A model generated the notes under the pieces. It was not told the origin of the DNA, did not search any database, and saw only the letters and a list, made by a program, of their open reading frames with translations. Below, piece by piece: positions 11,022 through 20,533 of a DNA stretch of 25,433 bases. The stretch is from assembly GCA_009602735.1 (NCBI GenBank), contig WELA01003517.1, positions 211,141-236,573 of the forward strand, given 5' to 3'. The DNA is from Mesotaenium endlicherianum (lineage: Eukaryota). Numbering within the stretch: the first letter of the stretch is position 1; each line of letters begins with the position of its first letter. The position numbers and the translations under genes were made by a program.

Positions 11022-12683
11022 ATGACTCAAAAGTCAAAACTCAAGAGGAAGAGAAGGGCGGAAGTGGCACATGCAGAATACTTGCAATTCCGTGGAGACA
11101 TCGAATCATCTTCCATCTCCGCTCGGGAATCACAACGACTCCAACAACAGCGGGAGGCACAGAAGAAGAAGGAGGAGGAGGAACAGGCCAGACTGAGGCA
11201 GGAAGAAATGGACAGAAAAGCTGCAGAGGAGGCCAAGAAAGCAGAGGAGGAGAGGCAAGCTGAGGAGAAGCGGAAGCAGCAGGCTGAAGAAGAAGAACAG
11301 AGGAGAATCAGCAGCTACCGCTACACGGTGCTGGGCAAGGGCTTTGATCTACTGGAGGAGGCCTTCAAGTATGCCCAGAGAAGTCGCAGTGAGTCGCAGA
11401 AGGAAATCCTCCAGAAGGAAGGGGAGACATCTGAAAACTTTGACAAGTATATAGAGGTCAGCACAGGGCTCCTCCTCTACCACGGTTACGCCAGGATGGT
11501 AGGATATACAATCGGAGAGGCCAAGACAATGGCCCAGGTGAACGAAGCAGGAGCTGTCTCGATTCTTGGTATCTGGGGGGCAGATAGGGTCATCAGAATG
11601 ATCCCCATGGATGCGGACAGCTTCAAGGACTCAACACCCCATAACAGGTTCAAGGCCATGTACAACGAGGTGGAGAGGAGGAGCTGGGAATTCGTGGCCA
11701 GGGAAACCAGTCAGCTAGACTTTGCAGGGCACTGGTACCTTTGTACTCTTAAAAGGACAGACCCTGCCTTCTTCCAAAAGCCCACTGATTGGCGGTGGAT
11801 GACCATCAACATGAGGGACCAGCAGAATAACAGGGTGACGGATGAGGATTTCTTGACAGACCTGAAGGGGAACATAGTATTGCCCCCTCACATTGCGGCT
11901 TGGGACCCAAGATTGGATGGAGTCAGAGACTGCATGAGCCAGGAGATGCAGGGGGACAGAAGCAGGGCCCGAGAGTCATTCTCCAAAGGGAAGCACGCTT
12001 ATGCCAAATGGGCAAGCAAGCAGGGGGAAAAGGACCTCTATGCGATCCGGACTCAGCAGCCCCCACCAGCACCCAAAAGGGGAAGGTCAGTAGGATATTC
12101 TGTTTCTCGGGAAGAGCTGGAGCAGCTGACAGAAGAGACTCCAGAAGTCTCAGAGGAACCCGGGGACGGCGAGGAGGAGGAGTCAGAGGAAGACGAGGAG
12201 GAAGGCGAGGAGGAGGACACTAGCGCCGCCGTGATCCTGACGCCTGCCACATCCCCCATAAGGGAGAAGACGGGGTTGGCCATGCAGCAACTCGCTGAAG
12301 AGGAGGATATCACTTGGCTGGGGACTGCCAGAGGACAGACCCCATCTCCAGGCAAGGAGACCCAGTCAGACAGGGCAGACAGGAGGGCTGCTCGGGAGAT
12401 AGCCAGAGGTCTGCCAGCATCTCCCTCGCAGAGAGGGCATGTACCCTTGGCTCATGTCATGCAACATCCTTCTGGGATGCCGGTATACGTACCTGTCAGT
12501 TTGAGGGCTGCCCAGGAGAAGGCTGCCTCCCTCCAAACTGTGCAGGAGGAAACAGCCCAGTTACTGCGTTCTCCACGGGGTCCTTACACGGAACCTCCCT
12601 CTCTGACAGGCTTCAGAAGACCCCAAGACAGGAGGAGGTCTGGCTCCCCTGAGTATAGAGCCTCAGGGACATCTCCCTCCTAA
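11022..12683 (+). CDS. Extra sense ORF of the retrotransposon, 553 aa, unknown function
   Basis: Uninterrupted 1662-nt frame from ATG 11022, inside the element. Contains a basic NLS-like KSKLKRKRR, an E/K/R/Q coiled-coil-like segment, an aromatic-rich central domain, an acidic tract and an SP/TP-rich tail. No obvious signal peptide or TM helix. Confidence 0.85.
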   Translation: MTQKSKLKRKRRAEVAHAEYLQFRGDIESSSISARESQRLQQQREAQKKKEEEEQARLRQEEMDRKAAEEAKKAEEERQAEEKRKQQAEEEEQRRISSYRYTVLGKGFDLLEEAFKYAQRSRSESQKEILQKEGETSENFDKYIEVSTGLLLYHGYARMVGYTIGEAKTMAQVNEAGAVSILGIWGADRVIRMIPMDADSFKDSTPHNRFKAMYNEVERRSWEFVARETSQLDFAGHWYLCTLKRTDPAFFQKPTDWRWMTINMRDQQNNRVTDEDFLTDLKGNIVLPPHIAAWDPRLDGVRDCMSQEMQGDRSRARESFSKGKHAYAKWASKQGEKDLYAIRTQQPPPAPKRGRSVGYSVSREELEQLTEETPEVSEEPGDGEEEESEEDEEEGEEEDTSAAVILTPATSPIREKTGLAMQQLAEEEDITWLGTARGQTPSPGKETQSDRADRRAAREIARGLPASPSQRGHVPLAHVMQHPSGMPVYVPVSLRAAQEKAASLQTVQEETAQLLRSPRGPYTEPPSLTGFRRPQDRRRSGSPEYRASGTSPS

Positions 12684-12732
12684 TGGCAGTAGGCTGGGGA
12701 CGGAAGGGACAGCACGCTGTTATTAGTGTTAG

Positions 12733-12768
12733 TGTTGTCGAGGCGACAACATGATAAGTTGGAGGGAT
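12733..12768 (+). promoter_or_regulatory. Hairpin + polypurine tract of copy B
   Basis: TGTTGTCG-agg-CGACAACA, then ATAAGTTGGAGGGAT abutting the LTR's TG. Confidence 0.82.
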
Positions 12769-13489
12769 TGTAATGAATCAGTATAATAGTTGATATAATA
12801 TTCATTTAAATATAAAAGTTAATTATGTTCAGCCTGCTGAACTCTAGTTAATAATCAGTCTGCTGGACTTCATATTCAATGTCAGTTTAATGACTCGGCC
12901 AAAAGCAGCAGGCTGAAGTCAACTTAAGTCAGCTTGCTGACACATTCTTCGACAGCCAGCTGACTTCCGTACTCGGTAGCAGCGAACTGCCTCGATATGC
13001 ATCTAAGTGTGGTATGCTAGATGAATGGCCAGACGACATCCCTATGATGGATGGCGATTCGGGATGATGGGAGATGGCGGTGGATTTGGTTAACCGAGGT
13101 CCTACCAATGTGGTCAACTCCCGGGTAGGCGGTGCCATCGCACTGACCGTTGAACAATAAACTCATTTTATGTACATATGCTAGGCATTGCTCTCGAGTT
13201 CGTCATTCGAAAACGAGGCCAACTCTCTTGTACAGCTTACTGAGAGCGACCTGAATCCAAGGCAAGAAGCCATTGATACGCACTGTCTTCTAACCTTGCT
13301 TATGTATGAGTTTACTGATTGGCATTATTGATGCTAGTTTACTCGCATTTGACTCACGAGTATTATTCACTGCTAGTGTGTTGTCCTTTGCCGTTAAACC
13401 AGTTAACGGAAAATACCATAAAGATTACTTGCTGATATAAAGATCTTTATTAATTGTTAATCGCCTATTTGGTAAGTCGATTCATTACA
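12769..13489 (+). repeat. 3' LTR of copy B (721 bp)
   Basis: TGTAATGAATC...GATTCATTACA, a perfect 11-bp terminal inverted repeat; homologous to the reverse complement of 4993-5712. Confidence 0.94.
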
Positions 13490-14156
13490 GACTACGCGAC
13501 GGGCTTTTCCCCCCTATAACAAGAACTAAGTAGCGCAATCGCTTGAGTACGGGGAATGCCCCCCACGGCTAAGGCCCTTTGGGGTTTCAGCCTGACGAGG
13601 GCCTTCAACCCCGTCGGAGTTGGGCCATAGGGGTTTTGGCCATGCGGGGAAAACCTTGCAAGCTCATGCTCCCTTTCTGCCCAAATATTCCACCCTTTTG
13701 AGGCGAATTCTCACATGCACACAAGCCATATTTAAAAAGGCGCACTAGCTTGTTTGGTCGGTGGCATGATCTGTTGCGGCTACAGCGACCAAAACGGATC
13801 TATATTGTCAACGCCGATTCGGAATGTCAGATTTCGTTCACAAACAAGAGCGACTGGATTTTGAAAAGTCAATAGCTCTCGCCATTGGAAAGCGATCAGC
13901 GAAGGTACTTTGTTGTCTTCCCTGCCTTTTCCTTCTTCGTGATTGGCTGCAATTTCAGTTTCTACGTCCTCATCCGCCTCGTCTCCGCCTAATGTTTGCT
14001 TTGGCTGGCGGAGATGGAGTAAAGTCTGAAGTGGAGTGAGGCCGAGGATTTAGTTTCTCCGCCCCCTCACTAGGACCCTCCATACTTAGTTGCATTTCGG
14101 GCTATTTTCCCAAACTAGTCTCGGAATGACTCTGCCTGCTCCATAACTTCTTTACT

Positions 14157-14438
14157 CTAGTGCCCCGCTACTTCCACGTGAATAGCTTCCGTAGGTGCAC
14201 CACACTTGAGTCTCTGCCCATTTGCCAAACTTGCCTCGTTAGGCTTATAATGCTTCTGCACAGGGATTTGCCACTCTTTCACCAGCTTCTTGTGCACAAA
14301 GTTTGCACTTGCGTCACTGGCGACCATACACTTTGCCTTGTTGTCGTTGACTACTCCTTCCATGACAATAGGCTTGTCCACATCTTGTCTTTCGCTTCTC
14401 GGCAGGCTCAAGGGGATAATTGGCAGTAGACACCCCAT
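14157..14438 (-). pseudogene. Retropepsin protease remnant of relic C
   Basis: AKCMVASDASANFVHKKLV (decayed DSGA motif) and ASLANGQ flap; in frame with gag after a TAA. Confidence 0.75.
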
Positions 14439-14444
14439 AACGAC

Positions 14445-15440
14445 TTACTGGCATCCTTCTTTTTTCTGTTGCTGAGATTGCTTCGCCTTCACACAACAGT
14501 CGCGAGCGAAATGCCCAGGCTTGCCACATTTAGAGCATAATCCTCTTGGCTTATAATTTTGCTGCCTACGCTGATTCTGAACAAGTCCCAACTCCATCGG
14601 TCCTGGACCTTGAACACTCGTGCTTGGCGCTTGAGATCCCAAGTGTCGATGTTCTCCAAAGTTGTGGCTGTCCCACTGCCTCTGACTATACTCCACAGCG
14701 TCGACCCTCGTCGCCAATGCCATCATTTCTCCAAGACTGGTAGGGTTCTTGAGCGCCACTTCCTTGGCCACAATTGGCATGAGTCCCCTCTTGAACTTGT
14801 CCGTCATCTCTGACTCGTGCATGGATGGACATTGAAGCACCAGCTCGTTGAAGCGCGATACATACTCCTGAACGCTTCCTTGTTGACGTAGGCGTACCAA
14901 TGGATCTTGAGTGTTAGCCTCGGGTTCAATAGGTTGAATTTGCCTCTTCAAGCCTTCAAAGAGCTCATCAATAGCAGGAACTCCAAATAGCTGCTCCTCT
15001 CGCTCATACCAAGCTCCACCACTTTTCTTCAACAAAGTAATCACGAAGGCGACTTGCCTGTCGGGCGTGAGCGCAGAATACTCCATAAACTTCTTCACTC
15101 CAAAAATTCATTGATGAACAGGCGGTGATCCACGCTCTCCAGTATACACTTCAGGCTTAGGTGCACGCACTCCCAATGCGGGTGGAAAAACTTGTTGCAC
15201 CTTTGATTGAACATGGATTGGTGATACAGCAGATTGCAGGTGCCGAACTCGTCGAAGCGGCAGTTTTAACAACAACAAAGCACTCTATACCTCCGCGCGC
15301 ATATTTTGTTGAAACTGGGTGTAAACTTCTCCTCCAATTGCAGTTGCCATTTGCCTTAGCATCGCCTACATCTCTTGTTGCTCTCTGGTCATTGTTGGTG
15401 CTGTCTGCTGCTCCACGCTCTCAACATGCTCGACATGTTC
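14445..15440 (-). pseudogene. gag: gag of relic C
   Basis: PKPEVYTGER...HQ*IF, LRQQGSVQEYVSRFNEL, DKFKRGL, GPGPMELG, CSKCGKPGHFARDC; several in-frame stops upstream of 15098. The 5' limit is approximate. Confidence 0.88.
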
Positions 15441-15507
15441 GCCTCCTCCAGCTGCCGACTGCAACTCCACAATATAATATGAAAACTAACCCAGCTCCAA
15501 TACTAGA

Positions 15508-16210
15508 TGAAAGGGGCGGAGTGCTCTAGTGGAATTGTAGTGACTCACAAGGAACAAAGCTAGTGGCAATCATACTCTGGATTGCAGTGGCATATCACTA
15601 AGAAAGCTTAGGAAAATCACTCAACATTTTGAATAGCAAGAAAGTGCTTACGAGTGCAACAGGATGAAAGGCCTCGTCATTACCAACTCGTAGAAATTTA
15701 CAAAAGTGAAAACTGATAAGAAATAAAGAAGTTATGCCTATTTAGAGTTTTCTACAACGACTGCTCTCCCTTAGGAGGGAGGGCCGCTTAGCAACGAAAT
15801 ATTTTAGTGTTTGTCATATTGTCCCTTCCAGAATATTTGTGAGTAGGCCAAATCAGCCTCATTTGACGTGGCGGACCAATTTGACGTCCACATGCATGCA
15901 TGGAAATATCTAGAATATATGAGCTGAAGTGCGCTAGGCTAATCCAAAACTTCTAGATTAATCGACCTCGTCGGCACTCCGCATCAGCCGAAATTACGTG
16001 AAGGTTTGAATTCACTATAACGGCCCAGATCGCTCGACGCTGTTGGTCAATCCGATGGTCGCGCTCACCGTGAATTAAGGACAGTCGTCGACCAATCTTA
16101 CACCTAATTAAACTTCAAAAGTTCATAACTTTCTCAATACTTAACCAAATTCGACGAATTTTATATCGAAATGATTACAAACATGCACTCTACACTTCTA
16201 TGACCTTACA
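15508..16210 (-). repeat. Candidate 5' LTR of relic C (703 bp)
   Basis: Reads TGTAAGG...CCTTTCA on the - strand and ends 2 nt before the decayed PBS. The right end coincides with the start of recombinase-like coding sequence. No matching partner LTR in the window. Confidence 0.6.
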
Positions 16211-17106
16211 CCCTTGCTCCTAGCACTCTGAACACCTACAACCCATATTGGGGCAGATTCCATACTTTTTGTGAAAAATATGGCTTCAAATCAGTTCCAG
16301 CAGAACTAGTAGTGTGTGTATTATATTTTACAAGCCTGTCTGTGGAAGGAGCCACAGGGTCCCAATTTTGCTTATCTTCTGGTGGTGTGCATACAAAGCA
16401 TAATTTATTGCATGTACCCGGCCCAACCTAGTCTTTTCAAGTGAAGTTTATTAGAGAGACAGCTAGCAGAACTTTGGATAAACCTCATAACACTAAACAA
16501 CCTTTAGCTTTAGAGACTTTGGGAGAAATTCTAGCTTTGTATGCATATCCTGGTGTACCTCGTAGAGAGTTGATGAAAGCTGCTACTTTTATGTTTACAC
16601 ATCATGCTTTTTCGAGGTATTCAGACATGACAGCAATTAGAATAGAGGACATCACATTGGATGTAAAGGATACCAAAGAGGCAGACCATATGCTTATTCC
16701 TCAAGCAAAAAATGATCAGCAGAAGACAGGCAGAATTGCTTCACATTATTGGACCGGGAAAGTCTGGTGCCCAGTTGATATGTTCTGTAGGCTGATGTCA
16801 GAGATGAAGCACTGTCCTGAGACAGGCCCATTGATACAGTCTCTAGATAAGAAAGGAAAGTTGCCTGGAAGAGTCCCTGCATGCAGCACTGTTAGAGGAT
16901 GGTGTGCTGAAATGCTGAAAAGAGTGCACTTGGATATCAAGGATTTTGGGACACATTTTTTGAGAAAAGCTACAACTTCTGCAGCAGCAAATATGGGGAT
17001 GCCGGATAGAACTTTTAAACACATGGAAGGCTGGAGGTCAGATGAAACCAAAGAAAAATAAATAGTGGAATTGACAGCAACATTAAGCAGGCATCATTAC
17101 AGGTAG
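16211..17106 (+). pseudogene. Tyrosine recombinase remnant of DIRS-order retrotransposon type
   Basis: One frame reads LAPSTLNTYNPYWGRFHTFC (N-terminal binding domain), a stop at 16429, then FSRYSD (R), AKNDQ (K), THFLRK (HxxR) and GWRSD (W), with TAA at 17059 where the catalytic Tyr is expected. Confidence 0.82.
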
Positions 17107-17315
17107 CAATTCCAGGTCCTGGAGAAGTGTTAGCTTACACACAGCTGCAGCTTTCAATAAAAAAAAGAAGATGATTTCACGTGACCAGAGCTTCTTAGCT
17201 CTCATGAGTAACAGCTCTTTATGATGCATATTTTCTGTTCTGCCCAGTATATACACTAATTTTTACTCTTCTTATACTCTGCATTATTCCTGTATGTGCG
17301 CTATCTCATTAAAGT

Positions 17316-17813
17316 TCTCCTACCTCTAATATCCCAACTAAAAATTAAAGCCTCCTTCCTCCTTCTCTCTACTATTATATTATCTATTTATATAAATGCA
17401 TATATGAATATATGTCAAAAATCGAAGTTTTGAGACATATCAAAAGATATGTCAAAACTCGAAGTTTTGACATATGAAAGATGCATGAATTAAGGCGCGA
17501 GCAAATGCCCGCGCTCTCTATCCAATACTCAAACTAATAACGTTGATTGCGTACCTACCGAGATTACTTAAATGAAGTAACATCTTCATTCTAAGTACCG
17601 CAGTGCAGAATAAGCGAAGCACTGTCACTAGATCCCACCCACCCTTGGAATATAGTAGTGGAATATAATAGAATATTAAAATAATAGAGGAGATCAAATT
17701 GGCAGCTCTTCTACCTCTATTCTCCCTACTCAAATATAAAGCCTCCTTCCTCCTTCTCTCTACTACTATTTTATCGACTTATAATAATGCAATTATGAAT
17801 ATATGTCAAAAAT
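17316..17813. repeat. Imperfect direct repeat of about 105 bp (approx. 17316-17422 and 17707-17813) with palindromes between the copies
   Basis: Both copies share CTACCTCTA...AAAGCCTCCTTCCTCCTTCTCTCTACTA...TATGAATATATGTCAAAAAT. Confidence 0.8.
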
Positions 17814-17924
17814 GGTGTGCAAATGAGCGCAAATTCTGCCTACTATCCACGAAAATAAACGTTAACCTGCGCAGACCTGAGTACCGATTCTCTTTGGGCA
17901 CGCTTCGAGATGATTGGGCCCTCG

Positions 17925-18045
17925 GGGCACTGGGGACTGGGGACTGCTCGGGACGACTCGGTAGTCGGGACTCGGGACTCGGGACTGATCGGGACTTCGG
18001 GACTAGGGTTGTCCATTGTCCAGCAGTGCCCAGTGCCCAGTGCCC
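17925..18045. repeat. 24-bp inverted repeat built from 7-mers, enclosing GGGACT(C) units
   Basis: GGGCACTGGGGACTGGGGACTGCT (17925-17948) vs AGCAGTGCCCAGTGCCCAGTGCCC (18022-18045): 22/24 complementary. Confidence 0.75.
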
Positions 18046-18938
18046 AGTTGGTGCCAGAAATTTATCCACTGTCCTGTCTGGTCCTGTCGGTCCCGGTCCA
18101 GTCCCTTCTGGTTGTTTTGTCCAGTTTTGTCTAGTTTTGTCGGCTTGAATCTGCTTAAATCCTGTCGCACCTGGTCGCACCCTCTTGACCAACTTCCTAG
18201 AGTACAGTCGGTCGCACTAGGTCGTGGTCCTTCCCTTGTCACTGACCCGGCGCGCTGGAACCCAGATACATGCATCATTTCGCTGCACGACGTGATGTAT
18301 CTGTCCAAATACATTGAATGGTTCGAAGCGTGCCGAAGAGGCAGCCTGTCTTCTGGTGAGGAGCCACAAAAAAGGGTTGGCCATCCACGTGCCTAAAAGT
18401 GCCTTTTTCCTCGAGAATAGTGATTAAAGAAAATGGAATGGTAGTGGAGAACAAAATTGAGCAGGGGGGGTGCCGAGCATTTCTGAGGGTAATTGTTGCC
18501 CTTAAAATAGGGGAAATGTAAACCTTTACGCGCTCGTGCACCAAATCTGCGGCGATGCGGTTCTGTTTTTCTGCAGCTTTGTGAAATTCGGCGTCGTATA
18601 TCAATCCGCGCTGCGCGCGACAGGAGCATTCTCCAGCGCTCATTCATCGCATTTCATCGTCAGCAAGGCTGGCTCCAGGGACACTGCAGTGATTCACTGC
18701 AAAGGGGCCAGAAGATCGGCACTTTTCACGACAGCAGCGGACCAGTTCCCTACCAGAAATATATGTTGTAACCTCCAACGGAGCTGTCTCCATCAGTATT
18801 GCCCTCTACCTCTCACGGTTCCTCTTTCTCTCTCGTTGTGATGGAGCGTGCTAGGAGCTAAAGCCGGAACATACTGCCATGGTTATTCTAAGGTCAGGCC
18901 AAACATCAGGTACTCTGAAGTTGTAATTATCTAGCAGC

Positions 18939-20533
18939 ATGACTTCCACTACTGACATCAGTCCTTTGAGTTACCCAAGGAGTGACTCAAAGTCCAGAGC
19001 AGCCATGAGAGATCCATCTCCGACTAGGGTTTTTTCGGGGCCCGAGTCAGTTGATGTTGACTCCTACGTTGTCCATCTCATAGAATGGGCGCAGGAATGG
19101 AACAGGTTGAAGAAGGTAACTTTGACTGGGTGGCAATCATGGGAGTTACCCTTGCCCAGGCATAGGTCCTTTTGGCAGTCGCCTCGGCCGGAGGCTGACA
19201 TTGCTTCCTTAACGTACAGGGATCAGGGATTTGCCCCTTATCTGTTAGCACTCTTTTCGACATTCCCTAAAAATAGCAAGGTCTGCACAGGAATTAGCAT
19301 CCATATGTCCCACTTTATGTTGTGGGATATATGGCTGAAGAATCATGGTGCAGCGGTAGATTTTGCAGGTTTAGGGCAGCTATTTAAGATGTTAAGACAA
19401 AGAGGTGTTAGTCTAGGGCATACCTCGCACACTCACTTTCCTGAAAGATTACGGAGCAAGTACCCAGGGAAGCTGGAGAGCTTTATAGGTGAGGCAACAG
19501 GGCTTGAGGATCATAACTGGTCAAGGTCGTGGATGAATCGCTATCTGGCAGGCTGGCAGACATACGCAGAGGTATATGGCTCACTTCAACCAATGATCAA
19601 AATCTGTTTTATTGTATGTGAAGAGGGAATGTAACAGGCCGTGTTATTTTGCTGGCCTGGTGTTTGCTTCAGTTGTGAGGACACATCTGGTCTAGGTTTA
19701 ATTGAACTTCACAAGCTAGCCGTAGGAGCTGTTGCTGCACATTGCTGAATAGACCCCCTCGTTTAGGACAAGTATTGAGGGTATCCGGCAGACCTTGTGT
19801 TATCTAGCTCTTTACGAAATGGATGGAAGAGAAGTTGATCATGTATTGCCTTGTAGCTGTGTCTCACACCCTGCACTCTCTTGAATGTTTCCAGGTTGGA
19901 CTTCCAGCACATCAGCAAGTAGCAGCCCTGCACAATAAGGGAAAGACTCCGTCCTTGGACGACTTCCTGGTCCAGCAGTCCCTCGCCAGCGGCAGCTGGA
20001 TGTGGCTCGTGTCTGCTGCAGCCAACTTTGGCATTCCGGGACTCGGAGAAGACGCATATGGGATGGCCCTGCCGCTTCTGAGTCTGGGGTCCATGCTAGT
20101 AGCAGTGTACAGGGACGTCTATGTGGCGGTGCAGGGGAAGACAGAGGCAGTTCCGTCTGTCAGCACAGTGGCGGTGTACGACTTGGACCAGGCAATGCTC
20201 ATCTACAACTCCTTGCTGGCAGCCTTCACCAGCGAGAAGGAGGCTATCCTCAGCCGAGCGAGCGGCGGAAGCACCAGCAGCAGCCTGTCGGCGAAGAGTG
20301 TGGAGGCTCTGTCCACGTTCTTGGACGTCCTGCAGGCCTCGACGCATGGCCAGCTGACGTGGTTTCAGTTTCCCAGCAGGTTCCAGGGGTTGGGCGCGAA
20401 GGAAGTGCCTGTGAGGATGGAGCAGGGTGCCCTGCTCAAGGGCAACTTTGAGTGGGCAGCCAGCCACATTGATAGGGCAGTGCGACGAGCTTCTGTCTTA
20501 TCATCTCATGTGGATGATGTGCGGCAATCATAG
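18939..20533 (+). CDS. Two-exon gene (18939-19571, 19895-20533; 423 aa), putative class I microbial-type terpene synthase-like fold with degenerate catalytic motifs
   Basis: A phase-0 intron, GAG|GTATAT...TTCCAG|GTT, joins two long ORFs in frame. Ordered motif-like segments: HFMLWDIWLK, WMNRYLAGWQTY, KTPSLDDFLVQQSLASG, VYRDVYVAVQG, GQLTWFQFPSRF. The start codon is uncertain. Confidence 0.62.

Larger units (their letters stand above)
5713..13489 (+). mobile_element. Chromoviral Ty3/Gypsy copy B, interrupted in gag by copy A; carries an extra ORF
   Basis: Truncated gag, pol with C-terminal chromodomain, extra ORF, PPT, 3' LTR. Confidence 0.95.
13490..16210 (-). mobile_element. Degenerate Ty3/Gypsy relic C from a different family: LTR-PBS-gag-protease; no RT/IN seen
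   Basis: Candidate LTR, decayed PBS TAGTATTGGAGCT (15505-15493), gag and protease remnants, PPT-like AAGTATGGAGGGT near 14087-14075. The left boundary is uncertain. Confidence 0.72.

Noticed and set aside
10751..11263. 170-aa ORF overlapping the start of the extra ORF
   Set aside because: Starts at a TTG inside the PPT-like tract, has no motifs, and runs through stop-poor purine-rich sequence.
16211..16240. Alternative end of LTR C at CACCTACA (16240)
   Set aside because: This stretch translates as LAPSTLNTY, typical of the YR N-terminal domain, so 16210 is preferred.
17900..18050. Possible CRISPR-like array
   Set aside because: Units are 6-7 nt with no unique spacers, no cas genes are present, and the context is eukaryotic.
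17699..18841. Cluster of overlapping 70-150 aa ORFs
   Set aside because: Derived from simple repeats or GC-rich non-coding sequence; no recognisable domains.
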